From positions 8 to 64,007 of the forward strand of contig JBAXII010000008.1 of NCBI GenBank assembly GCA_037138475.1: DNA of 64,000 nt, in the 5' to 3' direction. Positions 26,338 through 35,410 of the stretch are shown here, piece after piece (positions within the stretch are counted from its first letter, which is position 1; each line of letters starts with the position of its first letter). Origin of the DNA: a bacterium (GTDB taxonomy: Bacteria > Patescibacteriota > Microgenomatia > UBA1406 > GWC2-37-13). The notes under the pieces are model-generated. The model was not told the DNA's origin. It saw only the letters and a list, made by a program, of their open reading frames with translations, and searched no databases. The position numbers and the translations under genes are program-made.

Positions 26338-28074
26338 TTAGTTGGGAAGTAATAGTTTGACCTTTTCCCCGACTGAGAGGTTGTCCTTGCCCGAGCTGCT
26401 AAACAGTCCAATAGCATCAGCGAATGACAGTTTCCCATCACGATTGAAGTCAAGAGGGATCATTTTGTCAAAGGTGATCTTGTTTGTACCAGTGAGGATC
26501 GTGAATACTTGCTGACGAGGGAGATAGTAGGGCTTTAGCAAAACAGCACGGTACTGCTTGCCCGGCACGATATTTTTGATACCTTCGATGTATCCTCCGC
26601 CCAGGACGATGCGCATATCCTTTTGGACGTACACTAATTTTTCATTTTCATCGTAGAGCTCAAACTGAAAATCATGAGCGGTACTCAAGCCCTTCACATA
26701 GAGGCTCGCTTGGATGGAAAGTGATGGCTGTTTGAAGATGTGTATCGCATGCGCTGCGGTCGCTACCACCTGTGCTGATCGTCTGCCCCACGCTAGACTG
26801 AGTGATCCATCAGACTCGTCAGATTTGCCGGTATAGATGGCTATGTTTCCCTTCCATGTTTGGAATGGTTTCAGATCTGGGATCTGGGACGAGTACAGTT
26901 GGAGGTCGAGTGGGTGGCCAGACGGTTGAACGAGACTAAACAAGTAGTCATCGGCAGTCCAGATCTGCTGACCTTCGTTTGTCAACGTCACGGGAAATTG
27001 GTAGACAGAATCCTCAACTAGAGTTTCTGGTATTTGGATAGACAGAGTGGCAGAGTCTATGATCGTCGGGGTGCCCGCGATTTTGGGCATGAGCTGGAGG
27101 GCGGTATATTGAGGATAGGGCTCTGCAGCATCACGAGAAAGAAATGAGAATTGCAAAAATGGCTCGCCTTGATAGTTCAGTACAAATGGTGTCACCGCTT
27201 TGACTCGCGTATCGGCGAGCCAGAGATCGCGAAATGCTGCGGTGTAATAGGAGGAGACTGTAGGTTGGCCGAGTTTATACACATCCCACCCTGTCTCGGT
27301 GATCATGACGGGGTACTCGCGCCCAAAAAATTCGCTATACCACCCTATCTCGTGCGTATATCCGCGGATCGAGTTGCGCGCCGTGTCATAGGGGCTCCCT
27401 CGAAATCCTGGATTGGGATAGGAGTGAGATGAGATGAGATCTATATAGTCACTACATTTTTTCTGCTTTTGAGAAAGGGCAGTGCAGAATGATTTCGATG
27501 ACTCACTCAAGTACTGATAGGCATCATAGTAGTTTGGGGGTGCCTGAGGAGCAGCGAGGTCAAATCCTGCAAGCATAATCCGAAAATCTTCTGACTTTTG
27601 TTTGAGCTTGAATGCAAATTCAGCGGCAACTTTGCCGTACGCCACTGGGTCAGTCGCACCTCCCCACTCAGCAGCGTGATTGGGTTCGTTAAAAAGGATG
27701 ATGTAGCGATCTTTGACAATCCAATTCAGTGTTGAGAGAAAGTTAACCCAGCCATCGACATCATCAATCTGTGGGATCCTCCAATGCTCCCCTTCTGCTT
27801 TTGTGGCGATACGTATAATGGGAATGAGTTTTTTTTCCCGCAGTTTTTCAAATATCCCTTGCCAGTAGCTCACATCACGGTTATTTTCTTGGATGACAAG
27901 GGTGACATAGCCATATGATCCCCCGGCACTGTTCACCAAATCTGCTGCTTTTTGAATATCCTCATCACTCGTCACTGCTAAGTGAATTCCAAACTTGTTA
28001 TTTGCCTGTGCAGAGGTATGGGAGGGAAAAAGAAGCAAGGTCATCACCACAACAAAGATCATGATTATATACAT
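26338..28074 (-). CDS. Secreted clan GH-A-like glycoside hydrolase with a C-terminal dockerin/EF-hand-like segment
   Basis: Signal peptide MYIIMIFVVVMTLLLFPSHTSAQA. LFNEPNH (acid/base-like) and MITETGW (nucleophile-like) motifs. C-terminal DFNRDGKLSFADAIGL. The ORF-track N-terminus (28075-28191) is read-through of a repeat, so the start was trimmed to ATG 28074. Confidence 0.6.
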   Translation of the reverse strand: MYIIMIFVVVMTLLLFPSHTSAQANNKFGIHLAVTSDEDIQKAADLVNSAGGSYGYVTLVIQENNRDVSYWQGIFEKLREKKLIPIIRIATKAEGEHWRIPQIDDVDGWVNFLSTLNWIVKDRYIILFNEPNHAAEWGGATDPVAYGKVAAEFAFKLKQKSEDFRIMLAGFDLAAPQAPPNYYDAYQYLSESSKSFCTALSQKQKKCSDYIDLISSHSYPNPGFRGSPYDTARNSIRGYTHEIGWYSEFFGREYPVMITETGWDVYKLGQPTVSSYYTAAFRDLWLADTRVKAVTPFVLNYQGEPFLQFSFLSRDAAEPYPQYTALQLMPKIAGTPTIIDSATLSIQIPETLVEDSVYQFPVTLTNEGQQIWTADDYLFSLVQPSGHPLDLQLYSSQIPDLKPFQTWKGNIAIYTGKSDESDGSLSLAWGRRSAQVVATAAHAIHIFKQPSLSIQASLYVKGLSTAHDFQFELYDENEKLVYVQKDMRIVLGGGYIEGIKNIVPGKQYRAVLLKPYYLPRQQVFTILTGTNKITFDKMIPLDFNRDGKLSFADAIGLFSSSGKDNLSVGEKVKLLLPN

Positions 28075-28101
28075 AGTCCTCTCTCTTGCTCCATGATTGC
28101 C

Positions 28102-28126
28102 GTCATCCCCGCGTACGCGGGGATCC
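28102..28126 (+). repeat. REP-like hairpin element, copy C (gtcatccccgcgtacgcggggatcc)
   Basis: 9-bp stem atccccgcg/cgcggggat, located in the divergent intergenic region. Confidence 0.8.
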
Positions 28127-28210
28127 AATAGAAACACTCTAAAGTGATTTGTGCGCGTACTCAAAAGGTGATTCATACTATCTGTATGCATTTTACTTCA
28201 AGAACGTATA

Positions 28211-28831
28211 ATGTGGTCATCTATGTCGGCACTAAAACAAATCAAGCTGCTCGCATTCCTCCTCCTGGTTTTGGCAGCGGGATATGGCTGCTACACGCTA
28301 TACCAGTCGACTGTACCTGCGTCTCGTTTCAGCGAGAAGCCCACCCCCGATGCAGTACTCAAAAGCGTGAGATCCCTCGCACGCCTCGAGACGGTCACCT
28401 ATACGGTAGAAAAAATCATTGACATATCCTCCACTGCCCCACAAGGTGCCATAAAAGACTTCCTCTTTGGGGACAAGCTCCTCCTGATCGCCACCGGTGA
28501 TGTGGTCGCGGGCATCGATCTAGAGCGTATAAACCAAAGCGATATCGTGGTATCAGGTGATCAAGTCTCAGTCAGACTCCCTCCTGCTGAGATATTTAGC
28601 GTGGGGCTCAATGAGCCACAGACACGAGTGTACGATCGCAAAACTGGTATCTTGAGTACGCCCCAAACTGACCTCGAGTCCGAGGCACGCAAACGTGCTA
28701 TCGTGCAGATCCGTGAATCAGCGTGTAACGGAGGAGTTTTGAAAAAGGCGACCGACCATGCAGTGACCCAGATCACGAGACTGATACCAAATATCTCCCT
28801 CACCGTCACTGAGCCAACCATCTGCAAGTGA
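28211..28831 (+). CDS. DUF4230-like membrane-anchored protein
   Basis: N-terminal TM helix. Pattern VLKSVRSLARLETVTYTVEKIID ... LLLIATGDVVAGIDLERI resembles DUF4230. Confidence 0.5.
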   Translation: MWSSMSALKQIKLLAFLLLVLAAGYGCYTLYQSTVPASRFSEKPTPDAVLKSVRSLARLETVTYTVEKIIDISSTAPQGAIKDFLFGDKLLLIATGDVVAGIDLERINQSDIVVSGDQVSVRLPPAEIFSVGLNEPQTRVYDRKTGILSTPQTDLESEARKRAIVQIRESACNGGVLKKATDHAVTQITRLIPNISLTVTEPTICK

Positions 28832-28849
28832 AAACTCGAGGAGCATATT

Positions 28850-30643
28850 TTGCTATACTCATCCTCGATGGTTAAAGTGTTTACCTATGCCTTCAGAATA
28901 CTGCGGATCATGTGGGATGCCGCAGGCTGGCTCGCAGTCCGAAATATTTTTTCAAAGGTCTACAAGAGTAGCCTCTTCCCTTTTTTGCAGGTATTTATAC
29001 TCTCACAGGTCATCGACCATATCCAGCTCCATAAAACCACTCAGTTGGGCGAACTTGCTCCCTACATCATCGTATATATAGGTGCCGCTATCGTCTATGG
29101 GTTGGTGACGACCAGTATGCAGCAATTTGTACTGGATGCGCGCGTCGAATCACACCTGGAGAAGATGATCATCACGAAGCTAAACTCTCTCGACCCTCAG
29201 ACATTTGAACAGGTTGCATTTCAGGAGCTACTCACACAAGTCGAGGGGTCAAAGGGGGCGCTCATGGCACAATCCGATCGAGTAATAGGATTTCTGGATG
29301 GCCTGATCAGGGCAGGTACTGCATCAGTTGTACTCCTCGGCTCAAATCCTCTCCTAGTACTGCTCATACTCGTCTCCAGCTACCCCACTTTTCACCTGGG
29401 CAATGTCTCTCGAGATAAGCTCTGGCCATTTCTTTCCACTCGATGGAGCTCAGTCCAGCGCATATCTCAGTATGTCAAAGGGCTTCTCTCTCAAGATGGC
29501 ACTTCCAAAGAATCAGTGATATTTGGCACTGGCCCTGTGCTTTTGAAAAAGACTTCAGAGGCGCAAGGATCATTTTTTAGAGATTTTAGTAAAGAATATG
29601 ATCCCTTTGTGGCCAAAGTCGCCGCTGCAAATCTCATAGAGATGGCAGCGAGCATCTACGCGCAGTACTTCCAGCTTCGATCACTCATGGATGGGGCAGT
29701 GGGTTTGGGCAAATTTACCCTCCAATTCCAGCAAACACTGCGCCTCTCTTCGGGGACACACATGCTATATGAGCAGTACTCGAGCATGCTCATGCGGATC
29801 AAGACTATAGAGCGGTTTTACGAGTTTATGGACTATCGCCCCACCATCACCTCCCCTCTGCGACCGGACGCCATACCCTCACTGCCCAACCCCGCCACCA
29901 TCGAGTTTGTAAATGTGACTTTCCGGTATCCAGGCACAGACCGGGATATACTCAAAAACTTCAACGCCATCATACGGAGTGGAGAAAAGATTGCTCTCGT
30001 AGGTGAAAATGGAGCGGGAAAAACCACCCTTATCAAACTCATTTTGCGATTTTATGATGTAACCGAGGGCGAGGTGCGTATCAATGGTATACACATCGCA
30101 AAAATCAATCTAAGGCACTGGCATCACCTCGTAGGCGCGCTCTTTCAGGACTTTATAAAGTATCAGTTCACCCTAAAGGAAAATGTCCAGTTCGGAAATC
30201 TCAAGCTAAAAAATGATAAAAAGCTCATTCTGAGCGCGCTCGCCAAGTCTGGCGCAAAACCCTTTGTCTCAGTACTCCCTGAGGGGGTAGACCAGATGGT
30301 GGGAAAGATGTTTGCAAAGGGAGTCGATTTATCGGGAGGTCAGTGGCAAAAGCTCGCACTTGCGCGAGCCTTCTTTCGTGATGCTCCCCTACTCATACTC
30401 GATGAACCAACCAGCTCCATCGACGCAAAGGCTGAGTATGAGATCTTTGAAAACGTCCAAAAACTTCAAAAGGGTAAGACGGTGATCATCATATCTCATA
30501 GATTTTCGACAGTGAGAAATGCCGACCGTATCCTCGTCCTCCACCAGGGACGTATCATCGAGGAGGGTAGTCATGAACAGCTCATGACAAAGCGGGGACA
30601 CTATGCCGAGCTCTTCGAAATCCAGGCGAAGGGGTATAAGTGA
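28850..30643 (+). CDS. ABC exporter, fused permease/ATPase (MsbA-like)
   Basis: Six-TM N-terminal half. Walker A GENGAGKTT, signature LSGGQWQK, Walker B LLILDEPTS. The start codon is uncertain (28850 or ATG 28868). Confidence 0.85.
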   Translation: MLYSSSMVKVFTYAFRILRIMWDAAGWLAVRNIFSKVYKSSLFPFLQVFILSQVIDHIQLHKTTQLGELAPYIIVYIGAAIVYGLVTTSMQQFVLDARVESHLEKMIITKLNSLDPQTFEQVAFQELLTQVEGSKGALMAQSDRVIGFLDGLIRAGTASVVLLGSNPLLVLLILVSSYPTFHLGNVSRDKLWPFLSTRWSSVQRISQYVKGLLSQDGTSKESVIFGTGPVLLKKTSEAQGSFFRDFSKEYDPFVAKVAAANLIEMAASIYAQYFQLRSLMDGAVGLGKFTLQFQQTLRLSSGTHMLYEQYSSMLMRIKTIERFYEFMDYRPTITSPLRPDAIPSLPNPATIEFVNVTFRYPGTDRDILKNFNAIIRSGEKIALVGENGAGKTTLIKLILRFYDVTEGEVRINGIHIAKINLRHWHHLVGALFQDFIKYQFTLKENVQFGNLKLKNDKKLILSALAKSGAKPFVSVLPEGVDQMVGKMFAKGVDLSGGQWQKLALARAFFRDAPLLILDEPTSSIDAKAEYEIFENVQKLQKGKTVIIISHRFSTVRNADRILVLHQGRIIEEGSHEQLMTKRGHYAELFEIQAKGYK

Positions 30644-30657
30644 TCGTGTGGTGATCC

Positions 30658-31911
30658 TCATCTACCTCTTCGCCTCGCTGGGGTAGGTACTCGTCGTTTT
30701 TCCCGCAATGCAACATGAAACATATCTATGACTTTCGATGGAGTACTCCTGTGGGACGAGAGGGTCCTACACTTTGGATCAAAAAATATAAATGTTAAGT
30801 ATGAATCTCCCGGCTTCACCTGTGCAAGCTCCGCCCACAAGTCTCCCTGCCTCTGTCTCACGCTCATACCAGAGGGGAGCTCAGTCCGATTTCTATTTTG
30901 GAAATGTATCTCATCGTCTATGCCTTTTATAAATATTGAGATGTGCTCTGCTCCATTTGTGGGAAATAGGAGTATGTTCGCTCTATCCAGAATGATGCCA
31001 CAGGTGTGACCTGCAGTCACAAATCCCTTATTGAGGATGTCAAGGCCTGGAAAGTTTCTCTTCTCTGTGTGCAGTGGATAGCCCGTCGCTCCAGGCCAAT
31101 AGCTATGAGCTGGATAAAAGATCCTATGTATACCAGTTTCTTCGTCAGAGTACAAAACGGGGACTTTATGATAGGGCTTTTCTGCATCTGCATTAGTGTG
31201 ATTCCATAATGCATCTACAGCGTCTGGCAAATCCCCGATATTTACAGCTATACCATGGTTCTCAAAAAGCGTTCCTTGCCCGCCATGCTCGATTTTACTC
31301 ATTTGTATCCTTTCTTCATGCCCAGGACGCAGAGGGGATGAGGATAGAGATGACTTCGAGCTTGGTTGCTTTGACACTAGGAGTCCTTCTCCAAGATCTG
31401 TATTGAGCTTCCATTGCCAAGTGCTAGTTTTTTTTGGTGTTTTTGACTTTGTGACGGGTGGCTCAACTTTAGCTCGTGACCGACTATCTCTTCCCATATC
31501 AAATATGGTTATCTGGGACAGACTTTGAGGGAGTTCCTCCTGAGGGGGAGAGTGGTGTTTAATAGTAGGTTTGTTGGGAGGTGGAGTGGTAAAGGTCACA
31601 TACATGGCCTCTTTCTCTCCCAAGCCTAAGACCCGTATTTTTTTTGGGAAAGCTGTATCCTCTGCATAAGTCGGCCGCACAAGTGTGCCGGCTGAACATG
31701 GATAAATAAGATGTGTTCTAATTAAGAGACCATTGAAGGGATTGTCAACTATAAGATAAGGATCAGGAGCATCAGGATCAACAAATGATACTCCTGAACC
31801 AGTTGTTACACGTACGATCGTTGGGTGCAGAGACTCTGGAGCTAGGGTAGGATGAAGTGTAGGTGCTTCTCGCTTCATATGATATAAATCATGTGATTCG
31901 TGCTCCAGCAA
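30658..31911 (-). CDS. Hypothetical protein (417 aa), orphan
   Basis: Long ORF of normal composition. Start is TTG 31911 or ATG 31878. No signal peptide or motif recognised. Confidence 0.55.
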   Translation of the reverse strand: MLEHESHDLYHMKREAPTLHPTLAPESLHPTIVRVTTGSGVSFVDPDAPDPYLIVDNPFNGLLIRTHLIYPCSAGTLVRPTYAEDTAFPKKIRVLGLGEKEAMYVTFTTPPPNKPTIKHHSPPQEELPQSLSQITIFDMGRDSRSRAKVEPPVTKSKTPKKTSTWQWKLNTDLGEGLLVSKQPSSKSSLSSSPLRPGHEERIQMSKIEHGGQGTLFENHGIAVNIGDLPDAVDALWNHTNADAEKPYHKVPVLYSDEETGIHRIFYPAHSYWPGATGYPLHTEKRNFPGLDILNKGFVTAGHTCGIILDRANILLFPTNGAEHISIFIKGIDDEIHFQNRNRTELPSGMSVRQRQGDLWAELAQVKPGDSYLTFIFFDPKCRTLSSHRSTPSKVIDMFHVALREKRRVPTPARRRGR

Positions 31912-31923
31912 ATACTGTTTGTG

Positions 31924-31996
31924 TCGGGATAGCGGGACTTGAACCCACGGTCTCTGGACCCCCAGCCCAGCGTTTTACCATCTAAACTATATCCCG
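31924..31996 (-). tRNA. tRNA-Pro (anticodon GGG)
   Basis: The manual cloverleaf folds cleanly: acceptor CGGGATA/TATCCCG, D-stem GTTT/AAAC, anticodon stem CTGGG/TCCAG, loop CTGGGGG, T-arm GTGGG-TTCAAGT-CCCGC, discriminator A. No encoded CCA. Confidence 0.9.
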
Positions 31997-32033
31997 ATTC
32001 GATCTAAGTCTACCTGTACTCAGTCTATCAACT

Positions 32034-32111
32034 GCGTTTTACCATCCTCCGGGCGTAGTCCGCCCTACGGACGGAGCCTAAACTATATCCCGATTCGATC
32101 TAAATCTACCT
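32034..32111 (-). pseudogene. Duplicated 5' fragment of tRNA-Pro (leader plus positions 1-28), interrupted in the D-loop by a 32-nt hairpin element
   Basis: 32034-32046 equals 31970-31982. 32079-32111 equals 31983-32015 with one mismatch. The two halves are separated by the 32047-32078 insert. Confidence 0.8.
32047..32078 (-). repeat. 32-nt GC-rich hairpin element (ctccgggcgtagtccgccctacggacggagcc)
   Basis: Its reverse complement matches 45764-45791 apart from one substitution and a 4-nt indel. It is internally self-complementary. Confidence 0.75.
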
Positions 32112-32224
32112 ATATTGAACTAGCTTCAGGAAATCATTTTGCATTTTACCTTTTGCATTTTGAATTCAAAAACATCCCGAATTTGCGAAAAATATAAGAT
32201 ATTATATACTGTCTCCCTCAGAAT

Positions 32225-32950
32225 ATGAGCACCGACAACCGTCGACCTACTCTTCTTTTTATATTTGCCCATCCTGACGATGATGCATTTGGCCCTTCTG
32301 GGTCGCTTGCAAAACTATCCCAGACTCACGATGTGTACTTCTTATGTGCTACCAAAGGTGAGGGTGGTGAAAATCACACTGATGATAAGGGCACACAGCT
32401 CACCATGCTTCGTTCTGCAGAGGTAATTGCATCTTGCAAAACAGTTGGGGCAAAAGGTGTACACTTTCTTGGATTCATTGATGGGAGCCTTTGTAACAGT
32501 CTATATCATCAGATCGCCGATGCGGTCCAAGTATATGTTGACAAGTACCAACCATCTATCCTCATGTCTTGGGAGCCACGTGGCATAACAGGACATATAG
32601 ATCATATAGTGATGTCTATGGTGACACACTATGTCTATCACCGATCGCCATGCGTGAAAAAACTCATGCTTTTTTGCAAAAGTGAGAGTCAGACTCGTGA
32701 TTTTATGAATGACTACTTTATTTACCGCCCCCCTGGCTATCCACGCGACGAGATCGACGAGGTGATTGAGGTGTCTGATGTCTGGGAGACAAAGATTTTA
32801 GCCATGCAGTGTCATAAGACGCAAATCGGGGATATGCAAAAGGTACTCAAGCGTCCCCCTGTCATGCTCATGGAAGAGTGCTTCTTGACAGAAGAAAAAG
32901 GTGAAAAAATAAAGTCATCTCGCCTCAGCCGCGCTTTGCATCAGAAGTGA
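32225..32950 (+). CDS. PIG-L/LmbE-family N-acetylglucosaminyl deacetylase
   Basis: LLFIFAHPDDDAFG and GHIDH motifs. Confidence 0.8.
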   Translation: MSTDNRRPTLLFIFAHPDDDAFGPSGSLAKLSQTHDVYFLCATKGEGGENHTDDKGTQLTMLRSAEVIASCKTVGAKGVHFLGFIDGSLCNSLYHQIADAVQVYVDKYQPSILMSWEPRGITGHIDHIVMSMVTHYVYHRSPCVKKLMLFCKSESQTRDFMNDYFIYRPPGYPRDEIDEVIEVSDVWETKILAMQCHKTQIGDMQKVLKRPPVMLMEECFLTEEKGEKIKSSRLSRALHQK

Positions 32951-32971
32951 AGTGCTACAATAGATCTACCT

Positions 32972-34147
32972 ATGCAACTTGTATGGCTTGGATACATTTT
33001 TCTTCAGTTTGTACTGTCTACACTTGCAACCATTCCAAAGGAGTGGTGGACAGTGGGCTATACCTCTGAAGAATCTGCGTACTCGGTGGATTTGCCCCGC
33101 TGGCTCGGCTCCCATGGTAACTTTGATGGCCTTCATTATATGGCCATCTCCAAAGATGCGTATGAGATCTATCGACATGCTTTTTTCCCCCTCTACCCCT
33201 CACTCATGCATCTGGTGACCTTCGTGACTCCCGGGGGAAGATATTTTGCAGGACTTCTGATCTCGCTCCTATGTCTGGGGATACTTTTGCACATATGGAA
33301 CAAGTTGTATCTCTTGCTTGATGGCAAAAAAGATCACTGTACGATCTCTCCTGCGATGTGGTTGTTACTCGCCAGCCCGTGCGCGTTCTTTTTTACTACG
33401 CTGTACACCGAAAGTTTGTTTCTAGCGCTCCTCGGAGGATATATATGGAGCTTGATACATAAAAGGTACCGACTTGCGATGTTACTCGGGTTTTTTTTGG
33501 GACTGACACGACTCGCGGGTGTGTTTACTGCTCTCATTCCGCTCGCTATTTTTGCCCATCAGTACCTGGTGAATGGGAGAAAAGTACTTTTGCAGAGCCT
33601 CAAATCAGCCGCTACTCCCATCCTCGGTCTCGGGTGCTATATGCTCTACCTCTGGTATACGACGGGAAACGCGCTCGAGTTTATCTCGGCTCAGCGAGGG
33701 TTTGGAAATAGCAGATCTACGAGTCTGGTACTCCTACCTCAGGTCCTCTATCGCTATACCAAAATACTCACGCGGAGCGCTCTCGATTTGGGTTACTTAG
33801 TCGCCCTGGTGGAGCTGTGTATATTTGTAAGTTTTGTGGGTGTGCTCGGGTACTATCTCTACCGCCTGGTTCCCACCAAGCAAAAATTACGTGAGCGTAT
33901 AAAAACTATGGATCATGCAGAGGTCATCACGCTCGGCCTCGTACTTTTTTCCTTGCTCAACCTCATCCTACCCACTCTCACGGGGACATTGAGCTCCATG
34001 CCTCGATATGCGCTCGCTTCTGTGGCGGTCCCACTCCTTCTGAATAGGTATTTGGGCAAACACATGTGGAAGATCTACGTGGCGATAGGTGTGGTGCTTC
34101 AGGTGGTGTTTGCGCTGGCGTTCTACTCTGGCCACTTTGTGAGCTAA
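32972..34147 (+). CDS. GT-C fold membrane glycosyltransferase, PIG-V/mannosyltransferase-like
   Basis: Polytopic membrane protein. FDGLHYMAISKDAYE...HAFFPLYPSLMHL matches the bacterial PIG-V-like signature. Confidence 0.6.
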   Translation: MQLVWLGYIFLQFVLSTLATIPKEWWTVGYTSEESAYSVDLPRWLGSHGNFDGLHYMAISKDAYEIYRHAFFPLYPSLMHLVTFVTPGGRYFAGLLISLLCLGILLHIWNKLYLLLDGKKDHCTISPAMWLLLASPCAFFFTTLYTESLFLALLGGYIWSLIHKRYRLAMLLGFFLGLTRLAGVFTALIPLAIFAHQYLVNGRKVLLQSLKSAATPILGLGCYMLYLWYTTGNALEFISAQRGFGNSRSTSLVLLPQVLYRYTKILTRSALDLGYLVALVELCIFVSFVGVLGYYLYRLVPTKQKLRERIKTMDHAEVITLGLVLFSLLNLILPTLTGTLSSMPRYALASVAVPLLLNRYLGKHMWKIYVAIGVVLQVVFALAFYSGHFVS

Positions 34148-34162
34148 GGCCCCTTTGGCTGG

Positions 34163-34168
34163 TATAAT
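34163..34168 (+). promoter_or_regulatory. Candidate extended -10 (TGgTATAAT) for tRNA-Ala
   Basis: ctggtataat lies 21 nt upstream of the mature tRNA 5' end. No convincing -35 element. Confidence 0.35.
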
Positions 34169-34188
34169 AACGTCGCTAATATGTGCAT

Positions 34189-34262
34189 GGGCCTGTAGTT
34201 CAGTTGGCTAGAACGCCTGGCTGGCAGTCAGGAGATCAGGGGTTCAAGTCCCCTCAGGTCCA
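34189..34262 (+). tRNA. tRNA-Ala (anticodon GGC)
   Basis: Acceptor GGGCCTG/CAGGTCC with the G3:U70 alanine identity pair. Anticodon loop CTGGCAG, T-arm AGGGG-TTCAAGT-CCCCT. No encoded CCA. Confidence 0.9.
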
Positions 34263-34312
34263 CTAAATTTCCTTGTTGTTAAAATCTGCCGAGCAAACTG
34301 CTATCATACCCT

Positions 34313-34891
34313 ATGAGGACATTTACACCCAAAGGAGCGAGACTCCTCCCAAAAAACGCAGAGCGCGTTTTCAAGGGAATGATCTTTGATGCCTACCAAT
34401 GGAAACAAGAGCTCTATGACGGAACATTTGCGACTTTTGAAATGTTGAAGCGACCGGATACGGTCAAAGTAATTCCTGTCAAAGACGGGAAACTGCTCGT
34501 TCAAGAGCAGGAGCAACCCACACTCGGCATTTTCTACGATTTTCCTGGTGGGCGCCACGATGTCGAGGTTGAGACAGAGCTGGAGGCTGTCCAGCGTGAG
34601 CTGCTTGAGGAAACCGGAATGCGTTTCAAAACGTGGAAATTGATTGCTGCAGTGCAGCCGCAGGTCAAGATCGACTGGCTCGTGTATACGTTCATAGCAA
34701 CCGATTTTATAGACCAAACCGTACAAACACTTGATGCGGGAGAAAAAATCAAAAATGAGCTGAAAGATTTCGCAGAAGTGAAGGAGCTCATCAAGAATCC
34801 CGACTCTCGCTATCTCGCAAAAGACATTCTTGATAAAATAAGCTCACTCGATGAACTGTTATCAATGCCTGATTTACTTGTTAACGAATAA
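34313..34891 (+). CDS. NUDIX hydrolase
   Basis: NUDIX box GGRHDVEVETELEAVQRELLEETG. Confidence 0.85.
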   Translation: MRTFTPKGARLLPKNAERVFKGMIFDAYQWKQELYDGTFATFEMLKRPDTVKVIPVKDGKLLVQEQEQPTLGIFYDFPGGRHDVEVETELEAVQRELLEETGMRFKTWKLIAAVQPQVKIDWLVYTFIATDFIDQTVQTLDAGEKIKNELKDFAEVKELIKNPDSRYLAKDILDKISSLDELLSMPDLLVNE

Positions 34892-34895
34892 AACT

Positions 34896-35288
34896 ATGAA
34901 AACAATCCTCGTAGACGCTGTGGATGCCTTTGTCGTAGAAGCCACCAATGGGTTTGAGATTTTTACTGAAATGCGCGACCTTTTGGACACTCTCCCGAAC
35001 AAAAAAATCATTGTAACAGGTGCGAACGACGAGCAATACAAAAAATTTGGTTTGGATAAAATGCCTTACGAAGTGTTTACGCTCAAGCATGACCCTGAAA
35101 AGACCGATCCGAAATACTTCGAAACCTTGCTCACGCATTTCGGCTTAAAAGTAGACGATGTAGTCTATTTTGAGCACAACCCTGCAGCCGTTAAAAGTGC
35201 TGTCGTGGTTGGTATCACGTCGTATCACTATGACCACGAAAAGAAAGATCTAGCTGCACTCAAGACCTTTTTGACAGATAATCTATAG
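34896..35288 (+). CDS. Small HAD-like hydrolase-fold protein
   Basis: ILVDAVDAF start, KIIVTGAND, and VVYFEHNPAAVKSAVVVGI resemble a HAD core. The canonical DxD is not intact. The start was trimmed to ATG 34896. Confidence 0.5.
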   Translation: MKTILVDAVDAFVVEATNGFEIFTEMRDLLDTLPNKKIIVTGANDEQYKKFGLDKMPYEVFTLKHDPEKTDPKYFETLLTHFGLKVDDVVYFEHNPAAVKSAVVVGITSYHYDHEKKDLAALKTFLTDNL

Positions 35289-35332
35289 ATCACCGCCTGA
35301 CTATAGAAAAAATACTTGGTCTTGTTCCCTTT

Positions 35333-35357
35333 GGATCCTCGCGTTCGCGAGGATGAC
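35333..35357 (-). repeat. REP-like hairpin element, copy D (ggatcctcgcgttcgcgaggatgac)
   Basis: 9-bp stem atcctcgcg/cgcgaggat, located between convergent gene ends. Confidence 0.8.
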
Positions 35358-35410
35358 GGAAATTAGGAAGCAATTTTGAGAGAGTTGTATATATAGGTCC
35401 ACAGATTTCT

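Noticed and set aside
28075-28191. 39-codon N-terminal extension of the GH-like ORF (..LLDPRVRGDDG..)
   Set aside because: The extension is read-through of REP-like copy C. A proper signal peptide starts at ATG 28074, so that start was used.
31924-34262. Genomic island bounded by tRNA-Pro and tRNA-Ala
   Set aside because: The two enclosed genes have host-like composition and there is no integrase. The duplicated tRNA segment is the 5' half, only ~40 nt from the gene, not a distant 3'-end att repeat. It is kept only as a local-scar finding.
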